DNA of 64,000 nt from Hyaloraphidium curvatum SAG 235-1 (Eukaryota > Fungi > Monoblepharomycota). Below, one piece after another: positions 1 to 13,009 of this stretch (within the stretch, counting starts at the first letter, position 1; every line of letters starts with the position of its first letter). The stretch is from positions 1 through 64,000 of the forward strand of contig JAIVFI010000023.1 of the NCBI GenBank assembly GCA_025558095.1, given 5' to 3'. Under the pieces are notes generated by a model. It was not told where the DNA came from. It did not search any database and saw only the letters and a list, made by a program, of their open reading frames with translations. A program made the position numbers and the translations under genes.

Positions 1-3000
1 TTCCTCGTGGACCTCCTCGGCGTGCCGCGCGGCGAACAACAGGACGCGCAGGAGTTCGGCAAGGTGCTCACCGGCCTCCTGGAGCACTCGGACCGCGCGG
101 TCGGCGAGGTCCTCCGGTCGCGGTTCGAGGGCACGCAGGACTACGTGGTCCGGTGCTCCGGGTGCGGGGGCGAGTCGCGGCGCGAGGGCAAGTGGACCGA
201 GATCGAGCTCGCGCTGGTGCCGCCCCCGGGGGAGCGGCGCGCAAAGGGAAAGGAGGCGGGGGAGGAGGGGACCAAGGCGCCGCCGGGGACGTCCCTCGAG
301 GAGGCCCTGGGGCGGTACATCGGGAGCGAGGATCTGGTGGGGGAGAACGCGTACGCGTGCGAGCGCTGCGGGGGGAAGAGGAACGCGGAGAGGTGGACGG
401 AGCTGGGGCAGCTTCCACCGGTGGGTATCGTGCCGCACATCGCCAGCCCCCTCCCGCTGACGTCGTTCGCCATGTATGCCCACAGGTGCTCAACTTCCAG
501 CTCATGCGCTTCGTCTACGACCTCGCCTCGGGCACCAAGAAGAAGGTCAAGGCCGCCATCCGCTTCCCCGAGAAGCTGGACATGCGGCCGTACCTCCCCG
601 ACGGCGGGGCCGGCAGGACGGCGGAGGAGTGCGAGTACGAGCTGCAGGGGGTGCTGGTGCACCGCGGGCCAGGGGCGTATTCGGGGCACTACATCGCGCA
701 CGCGTGGGACGAGACGTGGGTGTTCGCGGGGCGGTGCCGGGTCTCGAGGGATCTGACGCGCCCGTCCCCGATATCCACAGCACGGGCAAGTGGCACAAGC
801 TCGATGACGACACCGTCACCGAGATGCCCCCCGGCGCGCGGTTCGACGTGGAGGAGCCCGGGGACAAGGACGACAAGAAGCCGGCCAAGAAGCCCGCGGG
901 CAAGAAGGGTGGCAAGCCCGGCGCGGGCGGCACGATCGACCTCACGGGCGACGACGACGCCCCCGCTGACGAGCCCGAGCCCGAAGCCCCCGCCTCCACC
1001 TCCGCCGCCAACGCCAACGCCAAGGGCGTGTTCACCTCCCGCAACGCCTACACCCTCTCGTACGTCCGCACCGCCGACAAGCTCGCCCGCCAATCGCTCC
1101 CCGCAGCCCCGCCCGCTGTCCCGGACGGGGTGCAGGAGGAGCTCGCGCGGCGGCAGGCCGAACTCGCGCGGGCGCGGGATGAGCGGGAGGGGCGGAGGGA
1201 GGAGCTGGAGAGGGGGTTCGCGGGGGAGCTGGAGGGGAGGAAGGAGGTGTGGGGCAGGTGGGGCTGGGACGGGGGGGAGGCGGGGGTGTGGGTGCCGGGC
1301 AAGTGGCTCGAGGCGTGGTCGGGGGGTGTGCTGTTGCGGAAGCCGCGCAAGGGGGCGGCGGCCAAGGAGGAGGAGGGCGGGAAGGAGGAGGGGGCCAAGG
1401 AGGGCAAGGGCAAGGGGCCGATCGAGACGGTGGACCTGGATGCCGAACCGGAGGAGGGCGTGGCGCCGGCCGCGGAGGGCAACGGGACCGCGGACGACGG
1501 CAAGCTGGCGTTGCCCGAGGACGCCGGGGCGGACAAGCCGGCGTCGCCCGAGCGGCCCGCCTCGCCGGACGTGCCCGAGTCGCCCTCGGCGGCGGACCTG
1601 CGCGACGAGATCCCAATGGAGGCGATCATGTGCGAGCATGGCAAGGCCAACGTGGCCGAGGTGTCGAACGCCAAGGTCATATCCCAGGTTGGTATCGTCC
1701 GGCGCCCGAGTTGGCGCCCGCTGACCGCACCTCGACAGGCCGGAATGGACGCCCTCCTCGCCCGCTTCCCCGAGGTCCGCCTCCCCGTGCGCCTGACCAC
1801 GGACGACTCGCTCTGCGAGATCTGCGTCGAGACCATCCGGACCGAGATCGCGCGGGCCAAGCGGCACGCCGAGGACGCGGAGAAGTTCCAGCAGCTGCTC
1901 AAGGCGGGGCCGGGGAGGGCAGGGAGCTGGTGGATCGGGCAGTCGTGGATGAGGGGTGGGTGGACTCGGCCGGTCGCAGCGATCTCTTCCTGATGGCCGT
2001 CCCACCTACAGAGTTCCGGAAGAAGAACCCCGAGTGGGACTTTGTCGGCCACTTCCCCGCCCCCTACGACGAGCCGTACCGCTCGGAAGTCTTTTGCCTC
2101 CACGACGGCATCGTCGCGGACACGTCGACCCTGGTCGAGATCAGCGAGGCCGCCCGCCGCCTCATCTCCACCGTCTGCCCGACCTGGGTGGCCGAGAGCA
2201 CCGCCCGGGAGGCCTGCGTGGTCTGCAGTGAGGCCGCGGAGAAAGAGCTGCTGGAGGGCGGGCCGCTAAAGAACCAGGCGAAGGAGGACAAGCGGACCTT
2301 CCAGCGGCTGCTCAAGACGGCCGACTCGAACGAGTTCCGGATCTCGAGGATAAGGAAGGGCGAGCAGCAGTTCCTGGTCTCGATGCGTGGGTTTCTGCCC
2401 CTGGGTTCGCTCGGACGGCTCTTGACCCCCTCCGCAGGCTTCGTCGACGCCCTCAAAGCCTTCTCTATGGATCCCCTTGGAGCAAGGCGGCCGCAGGGCA
2501 TCGAGAACGCGCACCTCCTGTGTCCGCACGGCAACCTCCTTTGGGACCTGCAGGAGGAAGTCGACCGCGAGGACGGGCTAAAGAAGGAGTTCCACGTCGT
2601 CGAGGAGGACCAGTGGAACGCGCTCACGGCCTCGTGGGTCCGGCGTCTCCGCTCGGTTCTGTCTTTTGCTCACCCCGCCGCAGTTTCGGCAACCCGGACC
2701 ACACGATCTTTCTCTTCCAGAACGACGATGGTCTCGCCACGCTGCCCGAGTGCTGCGCCGAGTGCCGCCGCGGCCGTCTGCTCGAGTGGTCCTCGACCAA
2801 CATCGTCGTCAAGAAGCGGAGCCCGCCCGTGGAGGCCAAGGGCAAGGCCGCCGGCAAGGGCAAGGCGGAGCCGATCCAGCTCGACGACAGCGAGGACGAA
2901 CTGACTCGCAAGGCGCCCAAGACGTCGGTGTCGCGCGGGTCGACGGGCACGCGGTCGAGCAAGCGGCTGGCACCCAACTCGTACCGGATCCGGGTGGACA

Positions 3001-4053
3001 AGGGGACGACGCTGCGGGATCTGAAGGTCTTGGTGGGTGGCTCGTCGCCCAGCCGCGAGACCGCGCCTGACCGGCGTCGCCCGGCAGATCATGGCCCAGA
3101 GCAAGGCGACGCCCATCTACCAGCGGCTCTTCCTCGAGAACGGGACCGAGCTGACGGAGAACTCGGCGACGATGCAGTCCATCGGCATCGTCCCCAACCA
3201 GGTCCTCGAGCTCGAGGTGTTCGAGGAGTCGAGCGGCGCGGCGGACGGCATCAGCGACGGTTGGTGGCCCTTCGGCGCTCCACCCGACCTCGCAGCTCAC
3301 GTGGCTTCCGCAGAACCCCCGCCGTCGCGGCGCGTCGAGCGCGGGTTCAAGGGCACCGGTCTCTACGGGTTCGAAGGGGGCAACGGCAACGCGGCCCCCG
3401 CAGCGGCGCCCCCGGAGGCGCTGGAAGATTTCCTCCCGCAGGACATGTCGGAGGAAAAGGCGATTGATGAGGCGATCCGGATGTCGATGGTGGAAGCGGG
3501 GCTCGGCAACGGAACGTCCGCGGCTGGGCGCGGTGCTGGGGACCGGAAGCGGCCGCCTGCAGACGACGACCCCGAGGAGGACGACGTGGTGCCCGGGCCG
3601 TCGTCGAGCAGGAAGAGGCGCAACGTGCTTGATTCGTCGCCGGAGGCCGAGCCCGCGAAGCCTCCGACTCCCCCGAGGCGCATTGCGGCGACGGTGGACC
3701 TGCTCTCGGACGAGGACGCGCCGAAGGCCAAGGCGAACGGCGTCAAACCCGTGGTGCGGGCTCTTCCGCGGCCCTCGGCGGAGGTTTCGGTGGAGATCTC
3801 GGAGGACGACGAGGCCCCGCAGACGATCGGCAAGAAGCGCAAGGCGCCACGCAGCTCCGCCGCGAGCCACTCGGATTGCTACGACAGGTCTTCGGGCGAG
3901 GACGACGACGCGTCGTACGCCCCCCGCGGCGGCACGAGGAGGACGTCGCGCGGGAGGGGCCGGGGCCGGGTCTCGGGCATGAACGGGGGGGCACGGAGGG
4001 TGCCCAGGCGGTCGGGATCTGAGGACCTGGATGAGGACGTGGAAATGGCTTGA
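1..4053 (+). CDS. Ubiquitin-specific protease, USP48-like (UCH catalytic domain, DUSP-like repeats, C-terminal UBL and UIM); 5' end lies outside the window; multi-exon
   Basis: QQDAQEF, CxxC pairs, LNFQLMRFVYD, His box YELQGVLVHRGPGAYSGHYIAH, WHKLDD; CEHG/CLHD/CPHG DUSP-like repeats; TLRDLK..PIYQRLF UBL; EEKAIDEAIRMSM UIM. Introns e.g. 421-485 and 716-780 join the ORF-track frames. Confidence 0.9.
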
Positions 4054-4195
4054 CGGACACGGGCGCAGGAGGCTCTTTGTACATCTTAATCTGGTACATG
4101 GACATTCAAGATTCGCGCTATGCAGTCCAAGATGTCCTCGGAGCAGGTCGCCGGCAGTTCGCGCGCGAAGAAGAAACGACGATCTCGTAGAAGAG

Positions 4196-4654
4196 TCAAG
4201 CGGCCACCGCGCAGCACAGGTCCGGTACGCGGTAGGCCGTGCCGTAGTGCCTGTTTCCGTCCGCCACGGCCGAGACGACGCGTCCCCGGAGGTCCCGAAT
4301 GCGCTCCTCGCAGTGCCTTTCGAAGTCGTCGATCTTGCACCGGCTGCTTTGGATCGTCTGCTCGACCGCCTCCCGGGGCGTCCCCTCGGCGACGAACTGG
4401 CGCCCCACTTCCTCCACCCGGGCCCTCAGCTTCCCGACCTCTTCCTCCACCAATACCTGCTCGCGAACGAGCCTTTCGATGAGCCCCCTGCACATGCGGA
4501 AGAAGGCCAGGCACAGCGCCGGGCGGAGGCTGCGGCAGGTCCCGCCGAGCCGGCACGCGTCGGCGTCGGGCAGGTAGCCGACGAGGCAGACGACGAGTTC
4601 GGGGGGTAGAGCATGGAGGGAAGACCGGCGCGAGAGGTGCGAGGAGGCGGGCAT
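4196..4654 (-). CDS. Small F-box-like protein with coiled coil
   Basis: SLHALPPELVVCLVGYLPDADACRLGGTCRSL is an F-box-like motif; paralogous to 55055-55507. Confidence 0.65.
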   Translation of the reverse strand: MPASSHLSRRSSLHALPPELVVCLVGYLPDADACRLGGTCRSLRPALCLAFFRMCRGLIERLVREQVLVEEEVGKLRARVEEVGRQFVAEGTPREAVEQTIQSSRCKIDDFERHCEERIRDLRGRVVSAVADGNRHYGTAYRVPDLCCAVAA

Positions 4655-5090
4655 GTTCGGTTTGCGGGCGGCGGTTCGGTCGCGGAGTGCCAGGTCAGCG
4701 GTCGACGATTGGCTTCCCGAACCCGATCGAGCGGCCGTTCCGATCACCAAGCACCACTCTGGCAAGCCGCAGCGAACCAACCCCAATGCAATGCTTGATC
4801 AGCTCTCGTGCATTGGAGTCAGCTCCGGGACCGCAGCCGGACGACGCGGTTACGTGGACTGGCCCGGTGAGTTCCTACGCCAAGGCGATTCTCAGCAGCG
4901 AGATCACCGTCGGCAAGGATGCGGTAGCGTGGTCGAGCCGCATCGCTACGGACCTTGTTCGGATGGCAGCGAGGACGACGCAGGGTGGGGGACGCACATT
5001 GGGGACGCCCGTTGGACCCTTGAATTCGAGCCCCATCCGAGCTCCTTGTCCCCAATCGTCCAACGCGCCGCTCTCTCCCTGCCGCTCCCG

Positions 5091-5924
5091 ATGCCTTCAT
5101 CGCTCGCCTCCGCCACGCCTCCTTCCAACGACGCACAGCAGCGCGTCTGGACGGGCGCCGAGCTGGTGTCCTCCCGCCCGCGGCCGGCGTCGGTGGTGCT
5201 CGTCCGCTGCGGCGGCGCGGCGGCGACCGTCGTGTGGGAGCTCATTTCCGGCGATTATTCGAATGTTATAAGCGAAGGCCGGGCCGCGTGCTGGGATTCC
5301 GGCAAGGAGATCCGCTCCGAGTTTGCCGGGTGGAAGCACCTCCGGACCGCGGTGGAAGTCCGGGCGTGGGTGGCAGCGCTGGACCCGAGGCCCGACGTCC
5401 TCGACGCCTTCCTGGGGCACGGGGAGCCGCTAGTTGTCGGCCGTATGGTCGACGAGCTAGAGCGGGAGCTCGCCCCCGGTTCGATGGGGGACACCCGGCT
5501 GCGGTTCCCGCCCGCCGTAGCGAGCACCGTCGCGCTCGCTCCCACGGCCCTCATCGGGCGGGGAGCCAAGATCAATCACTACAACCGGATCGGAAACGGG
5601 GCCCGGGTCGGGGAGTTCTGCCGGATCGGCAACTTCTGCCTCGTCCCGCACGACTGCGTGCTGGGGAACAGGACGTGCCTCAACGCCGCGGTGATCCTCG
5701 GGGGCTGGACGAACGTGGGCGAAGATTCAGTGCTGGGGCTGAGGGCGACGGTCAGGGACCACTTGACGGTGGCGGCGGGGACGACGGTGGGGATGGGGGC
5801 CGTTGTGACGCGGAGCATCGACGTGCCGGGGGAGACGTGGGTCGGGACGCCGGCTCGCAAGCTCGAAAAGCAGGAGGCAGGCAAAGGTGGTACCGGGGCG
5901 GATGCATCCAAGGGCAGACTCTGA
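5091..5924 (+). CDS. Hexapeptide-repeat (left-handed beta-helix) acetyltransferase, PglD/NeuD-like; intronless
   Basis: [LIV]Gxxxx repeats (IGRGAK, IGNGAR, VGEFCR, IGNFCL), VPHDC His, VGMGAVVTRSI..WVGTPAR terminus. Confidence 0.8.
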   Translation: MPSSLASATPPSNDAQQRVWTGAELVSSRPRPASVVLVRCGGAAATVVWELISGDYSNVISEGRAACWDSGKEIRSEFAGWKHLRTAVEVRAWVAALDPRPDVLDAFLGHGEPLVVGRMVDELERELAPGSMGDTRLRFPPAVASTVALAPTALIGRGAKINHYNRIGNGARVGEFCRIGNFCLVPHDCVLGNRTCLNAAVILGGWTNVGEDSVLGLRATVRDHLTVAAGTTVGMGAVVTRSIDVPGETWVGTPARKLEKQEAGKGGTGADASKGRL

Positions 5925-6362
5925 GGCGTACCAGGCATTGCGGGTTTCTGTGATCCCGACCTTGGATACTCGGAGTTGAACCACGGAAATCATGGCGAGC
6001 GTTGTCGAGCAGAAGAAGGGGAAACAGAAAGTCCTACACTGGAGCCGGTGGCGGGATCGAAACGACCTTTCCCAGCGGGGAACATTCAGAAGCCAAGCGC
6101 GAACACTGCAGGACCGAGCAGTCTTCGACCGCGCCGAGCGCACTCAATTGAATGATTGCCAATCTGCCCTGTAACGGATTCCATCGGTCTCCCTGTCACA
6201 CTGCCAGGTCTGCATTGGCCACGGTCTGCAGGCGGCGGCAAAGCCGAGCCCCATCCGCCCTTCGGGATCGTCGGCACCCGCTCTAACCACTCCTCACTCG
6301 CGACGCCCAGCACCCCACCGGCCGACCACCGACCGCGGTTCTCTCCCGTAGAGACAGCCAAT

Positions 6363-7366
6363 ATGCCGATGCTGGTGCGCCGCGACGAGGACAACGTGGC
6401 GGACGCGCCCGGCTAACGTCTCCCACCGCCCCCCCGACGCCGCGCCGACAGTTCTACAACTCGATCGGGTCCGCCTCCCTCCCTGCTTTCCTTACTCTCC
6501 GTTTGACGTTATGCGCAGGCCAAACCCGCGCCTCGTAAAGATCTTCATGGAGGAAAAGGGCATCACGTCGAAAGTGCCCTTCAAGGAGGTCGATCTCATG
6601 GCCGGCGACAACAGGAAGGAGCCCTACCTCAAACTCAACCCGGCGGGCCAGATGCCATGCCTGGAGATGGAGGACGGGAGGGTCATTGCCGTGGGTTGCT
6701 GGTCGGGAAGGGCCGGTGGCGTGGTGGTGACAGGGAGAGACAGGAGGTCACGGTGATCTGCGAGTACCTGAACGACAAGTTTTCGGACGGGCCCGACCTT
6801 TACGGCGCCTCGCTCGAGGACCGCGCGGAGACCAGGAGTGGGCCTTTTCCGTCTCCGCCGCTCGGATGGCCGGCCGCTCACCGTCACGTTCGCCGCCCGC
6901 CTTCCGCAGTGTGGCTCCGCCGCCTCGACTTCAACCTCGAGATGCCCATCTTTAACGCGTTCCGCTACGGCGCCGGGAAGGAGTTCTTCGCCCCCAGGCT
7001 GCGGGTGATCCCGCACGCCGCCGAGGACCGTACGTGGGGTGCGCTGCGACGACGGGCACCCGTCGCTGATGGACGCGGTGGCTTGCTGTTCCAGTGCAGA
7101 TTCTCGGACAGGAAAAGACCATGTGGCTCGACGCGATCATCGCCGACGGGCGCAAGTACCTCTGCGGGGACCGGTTCACGGTCGCCGGTACGTCCGCTCG
7201 TTCCCCCGTCCGACACTAGAAGCTGATTTCATCTTCAACAGACATCTGGCTGGCGGTCATCCTCGACTTTGGCGCCCAGATGGGGCAGCCGATCAACCCC
7301 GAGGCCAAGCACGTGCACGCGATGCTCGAGCGGATCCGGGACCGCCCGTCGATGAAGGTGCAGTAA
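6363..7366 (+). CDS. Glutathione S-transferase (bacterial-like class), multi-exon
   Basis: Spliced N-terminus MPMLFYNSIGPNPRLVKIFMEEKG; LNPAGQMPCLE; EVTVICEYL; YLCGDRFTVADI N-cap; several GT-AG introns. Confidence 0.85.
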
Positions 7367-7514
7367 TCGGAGGCTGCAGATCCGCCGCATGTAAGGTCTC
7401 TTTCGAAAAATGCCGATTGGCAGTCGGTCTGTGTGCCTCGAGGGCGGAGGTGGCGGCAATTCCTCCGGCCCGGCGGCCTCCCGTCTCCCAAGTCCCCCCC
7501 GTCTGCCCATTAAA

Positions 7515-9960
7515 ATGGCGTCCGGCCGCGGCATGCGCCCCGTGCGCATCGCCAACTTCTCGGGCCACTCTGCCGACCGCATCACCGGGCTGGCCGAAGT
7601 GCTCGAGTGGGGCTCGCAGGCGCCGGACGGCTTCCTGGGCGCGGACTTTGCCGTGGGCGACTTCCTCGCCGAGGCGACGCTGGCGTACCTGGCCAAGCGG
7701 GACGTGGCGGGCACGGGCGGCGGCGGGTTCCTGCCGGGCTTCGCGAAGCAGCTGCGGGCGTGCCTGAGGACGCTGGTCGAAAAGGGCGTGAAGGTGGTGA
7801 CGAACGCGGGCGGGGCCAACCCGGCGGCGCTGGCCAAGGCGGTGGAGAGCATGGCGGTGGAGGTGCTCGGGAACGATGCCGGGAAAGTGAAGGTGGCGTG
7901 GGTCGAGGGGGACAACGTGTCCAAGGACCTGGCGGCGTGGACGGCGTCGGGCGAGGTCGGCGAGCTGAGGCACATGGTGGGCGCCTCAAGTCCAGCGAGC
8001 CGAGTTCATCTTGGCTCACATAAGATTGGTGGCACCCACAGGACACGGACCAGCGTCTCGCCGACTGGGACAAGGAGCCCATGTCGGCCAACGCCTACCT
8101 TGGCGGCTTCGGCATCGTCGAGGCGCTCGAGCGCGGCGCTAACATCGTCGTCTGCGGGCGCATTACCGACGCCACGCTGACCCTGGCGCCGGCCGCGTGG
8201 TGGTGGAAGGTGGGCGGCGGAACTGCGAGCGGCCTGCGTCCCAGGCCTCACCCAGAACCCGTTGCATCCACAGTGGTCGCGGACGGACTTTGACAAGCTC
8301 GCCTCGTCCATCCTCGTCGGGCACGTCATCGAGTGCGGAGCCCACGTGGTGTGTACTTCCTCATCCGGTCATTTGGAGAACTCCTGGCTAACTCGCGATG
8401 GTCCATCCCTCCCTTTTTCAGACGGGAGGCAACTTCAGCGGCTTCCTCACCATCCCCCGCAACATCAACACCGCCTTCCCCATCGCCGTCGTCGACCGCG
8501 ACGGCTCCGCGATCGTGACCAAGGCCCACCCCCACGGCGGCGGCGACGTCACCCTCGACACCGTGACCGCGCAGACGGTCTACGAGATCCAGGGGCCGCT
8601 GTACAAGAACCCCGACGCGACCGTGGACCTGCCCTCGGCCAAGCTGGAGGAGGTCGAGTACGAGTGGCCGCGCCGGGGCGGCAGCGGCAGCGAGCCCGCG
8701 CCCCGCACCAAGGCCGTGCGCATCTCGGGCGTCAGGGGCCTCCCCCCGCCGCCGACGACCAAGGTCGGCGTCAACGCCCCCGCCGGCTTCGCGTGCGAGG
8801 TCTCGGTGTTCGCCGTCGGCCTCGACATCCCGGGCAAGTTCCTGCACTTCCAGATGCAGGTCCGCGAGCTGCTGCACCGCAACGGCAACTCGGTCGAGCA
8901 CCTCTTCGGCAACCCCTCCGCGGGCAACGCGGGCAAGAACCGGATCGAGGCGATGCGGTTCGAGTGCGTGGGGTACAATGGGCCCCTCGTCTCGTCGGGC
9001 GAGGACTACCTGGCGGACCCGCTCACGCAGAACGCGTGCACGGCGTGGTTCAGGGTCACGGCGAGCAGCAGGACGAGGGAGCCCGTGAGCAGGCCGCGGT
9101 TCGCGGGGGTTATCACGGGGCAGGGGATCTTGCAGGGGTTCCCGGGCTTCGTGTGTCAGGTAATCCGTCGTCGTGCACGAGGAAGCTGCATCGCAACGCT
9201 GACGACGGCGCGACGCAGGCCGACGGATCCAAGTTCGACCCCGCGCCATTCATCGAGTTCTTCCCCACCACCATCCCGCAATCGGCTGTCAAGCACACCG
9301 CGCACCTCCCCGGCCTCCCTGCGATCCCCGTCCCCCCTCCCCCCGTCATGGCCCCCGTCCCGGCCTTTGTCTCGCAGGACCCCACCTACGCCCCGCGCAG
9401 CTTCGGCCCGACCCGCCGCGTCCCGCTGGGGCTCGTCGCACACGGACGCTGCGGGGACAAGGGCGGCAACGCGAACCTCGGGTTCTGGCCCATCGCTCGG
9501 GCTTCACCCGGGAAGGAGGACGAGGCGTGGGAGTGGCTGCGGCGAGAGCTGACTACGGAGCGGTGCCGCGAGCTGCTCGGCAACGAGATCGCCGAGGTCG
9601 AGAGGCAGGGCGGCAAGGTGGCGATCGTGCGGTGGGAGATGGCCAACATGAGGGCGGTGTGCTTCGTTGTCAAGGGGCTGCTCGGCAAGGTGGGTCCGAT
9701 CGGGCGGCCGGCTACGATGGCGCTGATCGCCTGTCGCGCGACAGGGTCTGTCGTCCAACATGCGCGTCGACCCGCTCGGCAAGTCCGTCGCCGAGTTCGT
9801 GCGGGCGCGGCTGGCCGACGTGCCCGCCAAGTTCCTGGACGAGGTGGCGGCGCAGCGGGCCAAGGGTGTCTACGGCGTCGGCGTGGGCGAGAGGACGATC
9901 GGGGACGTGGACAGGGCGATGAGGGAGGTGGTGGAGCAGGTCCGCGTCGCGAGGCTGTAA
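7515..9960 (+). CDS. AtuA/DUF1446 acyclic terpene utilisation-family protein, multi-exon
   Basis: RIANFSG..DR, DFLAEATL, VVTNAGGANP, SANAYLG, VVCGRITDA, GHVIECGAH-TGGNFSGF, HGRCGDKGGNANLG, RVDPLGKSVAEF. Confidence 0.88.
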
Positions 9961-10158
9961 GCCAGTCTAGGCAGTGTCCAGGAGGACAGAGATCAGTTGC
10001 CGTTGGAATACCCGGGGACGATCCTTGAGGGACAGGGGGCGGGGCGGCGATTCCGTGTAGACCCGGCCGCACGGGCACGGGCACCGATCCCTCAAAACCC
10101 AACGGGGACGCCGCTCCCCCGCGCCATCGGGACATCCAGCCCATAGCTGCCTCCTGAA

Positions 10159-11951
10159 ATGCGATCTCTCTATTATTTCCTGCTCGCCCTGAGCGCCATC
10201 GCGGCGGCGGCGGCGCCCGGTGCGGCACTCCAGTCCTATGTGATCCCCGCCCGTCTGCCGCCCGGCAACGCCGTCGCGTCGACGATTCGGCAGGTGCAGC
10301 TGGCGCTTGGCAGCGGCTCGAGCGCACCGACGGTTTGGAGCACCGTCGACACGGGCTCGGGCTTCGTGGTGGGTGCCTTCTCCCTCATTAGGCCGGATCC
10401 CGGGGCTGACGAGCGGGACAGGATCTGCGCTGCAACACCCCCGCGACCGGCGACCCCGTGCCCGGCGTGTACACGTGGACAAACACGTCGGCGACCAACG
10501 TCAACGAGACGGTGTGCGCCGCCATCGGTGCCGGAAACTGCATGTCGGGCGGGTCGTGCTGGTGGTCCTCGGCGGTGGGTTCCTCAAGCGAGCCAACGAG
10601 CGAAAGCACTGATCCTCGATCTCCTCCGATTAGCTGACCGGCGGGCCGACGTTCAACACCTATTCGGGCGTCGTTGTTCAAGACACCATCACGATGCCGG
10701 GGAGCCTGCCGGCCCTCTCGGTGCCCAATTCAGCCTTCGGATGGTGCGCTACCTTGGCGACGGAGCTCCGCGGCCCAACTTACAAGCGATATTTCCTGCA
10801 GCGCCCAATCGTACGAGTCCTGCGCCCGCGGCGCACCTGGGTGCCCGGCGGCCCTGCAATCCTGCCCCCCGCCGCAGACCATCAGCAAGCCCAGCAACAG
10901 CGGCCTGGGAATCGAGTTCGGCTTTACCTTCTCCGCCCCGTCATTCCCCACGCAGCTCGTCACGCGCGGCATGATCGACCCCGTGCTCGCCCTGTGCTAC
11001 CAGCCCCCCGCCGCCGCATCGTCGTGCACGCCGGCGGCGAGCGACGGCTACGTGGTCATGGGTCGGGGCCGGACGCCCAACACGACGGTGGCGCAGGTGC
11101 CCATCACCATCACCCCCATTTCCTTCGAGACGATCGACGGTCCCAATTCGGCCCTGAGCGGGATGCTCTTCCGCACGCCGGTGCCCAATTCGACCGTCGC
11201 CGTGTTTGGCGGAGGCGTCAACACCACGCTCTACTCTGCCGGCCAGTACAACGTGCTCTGGGACTCGGGCGCCTACGGCAAGCTAGCCGTCGGGCCGGAA
11301 GCCTACGGCGCGTATCTTTCGTACTTCACGGCCGCGCTGCAGGCGTACAACACGACCAGCGCGGGTGGAGCGTTCCAGGGGCAGTACCAGAACTGCAACG
11401 CGAAGCAGTTCTGCGGGGACAACTTCATGGCCTCGGGGAACGCGCAGTTCCCCGAGCAAGGGCCGGGGAGCTGCATCCGGCTGCCCGTGCAGGACGCGAC
11501 CAACGCCACGCAGACCGCGGCCGCGCTCGCCGCGCTGCAGCTCCTCTACCCGCCCAACATCACCTTCGGCCTGGCCGGCGGCATCTCCACTGCGCTCCCC
11601 ACGGCCAACCCCATCATCGACTGCGCCGGTAGCGGCGTGGCCGTGTGCAGCTACCCCTCCGACGGCTACCCCTGGGTCGCCGCGCCCTGGTTCGACGGCC
11701 GCTGGGTGCAGTTCGACGCCTCGGCGCCGATGCCCGGGCACTCGTGGAGCAACGGCACGATGAGCTTCACCCCCAACACGATGCCGAGCTGCGGGTTTCT
11801 GGTTCAGACGGGGCCGATAACGGATGTGACAACGTCGACGGGGTCGGTGGCGCCGTCGACGAGCAGGCCCAGCGGGGCAGTGGGGAAGGGGATCTCGGGG
11901 AGCGCGTGGATCGCTGGGTTGGCGGTGCTGGCCGGGTGGCTCCTGGGTTAG
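10159..11951 (+). CDS. Secreted, probably GPI-anchored pepsin-like aspartic protease (divergent)
   Basis: Signal peptide; VDTGS and WDSGA catalytic motifs; many N-glycosylation sequons; S/T-rich stalk and hydrophobic C-terminus; about 3 introns. Confidence 0.7.
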
Positions 11952-12166
11952 AGGATTCACGGCAACGCGCCCTGCTGTGTCGACGGCGGCATAGCTGCGG
12001 GGAGGCGGTGTGAATAGGAGTCGGGCGATAGAACAGCTAAGGCCCGACGCTCCGCCACACCGAAGCCCTGACTCGCCGACCGTGTCCCCCATAAAAGCTC
12101 CCGAGGTTCACGACCGCCGATGGACCCAAACACCGAGCGCCGTACATATCTGCATCGCTTCCCACC

Positions 12167-13009
12167 ATGTCTGCGCAGCCTGAGGAGTCCTACCGCAAGG
12201 ATGCGCGCTGGGAATGGGCGATAGATGCCGAACACCCCGTCAACCGTTTCCTGAGGCGAATCTCGGAGATTCTCAGCAAAGGATACGGTTCCCACTACAT
12301 GCGTGGCCTGGAGGCATCGCCTCGCCCCATTGGGAAGGAGAAGCTCCGGGTGACGCTGACCATCTCGAGTCTGGCGGCAGGCTTCTCCTACATCGGACTC
12401 TCGGGCGCCGTCCCGGACTTCGAGCGCAGCAAGTTCGGCTCTGTTGAAGCCCGGTTGCTGGCCTACGGCCTCTTTTCCTTCTGCTCATTCGGCCTTTGCC
12501 TCCTTGCCTCGCTCATTTCGGGAACCGTTCTTGGCTCGCTCGGCGAGGTCTCGGACCAGAAGATGTGGATCCGCCAGAACTATGTGCTCCTCCAGGTACC
12601 CTTCTACCTCTGCGCGACGGGACTCACCGCCATGCTGGCCAACATCCTCGTCGTGGTCTCGACGATCTACGGCCTCTGGCTGTTCGTCGCCGTCACGGCC
12701 ATCACCTTTCTCCTTTTCGGGATCGCTCTGACGAGCGTGCACGTCTCATCCTCGTGGGTACGGCACAACCAGGCGGCAGAGTACAGGAAGGTGGTCGTGA
12801 AACCTCCCCACGGGGCCAAGATCATGCCGGCGCTGACGAGCCACACCGCCATCTTTGGCGAGGAGTGGAAGGGGTTCGTCGACCGCCCGGACCCACGCGA
12901 ATCGGAAGGCGACTGCTGCTGTAGGAGGGCCGTTACGCAGTCTTGGTCGGCCACTACCCTTGTGGGAGAGACGGCGGCAAAGAACGACGACAACGAGGAG
13001 ATTGTATGA
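12167..13009 (+). CDS. Four-TM membrane protein, Orai/CRAC-channel-like fold; intronless
   Basis: Four hydrophobic segments; EKLRVTLTISSLAAGF...LLAYGLFSFCSFGLCLLASLISGTVL resembles Orai TM1-TM2. Confidence 0.5.
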   Translation: MSAQPEESYRKDARWEWAIDAEHPVNRFLRRISEILSKGYGSHYMRGLEASPRPIGKEKLRVTLTISSLAAGFSYIGLSGAVPDFERSKFGSVEARLLAYGLFSFCSFGLCLLASLISGTVLGSLGEVSDQKMWIRQNYVLLQVPFYLCATGLTAMLANILVVVSTIYGLWLFVAVTAITFLLFGIALTSVHVSSSWVRHNQAAEYRKVVVKPPHGAKIMPALTSHTAIFGEEWKGFVDRPDPRESEGDCCCRRAVTQSWSATTLVGETAAKNDDNEEIV

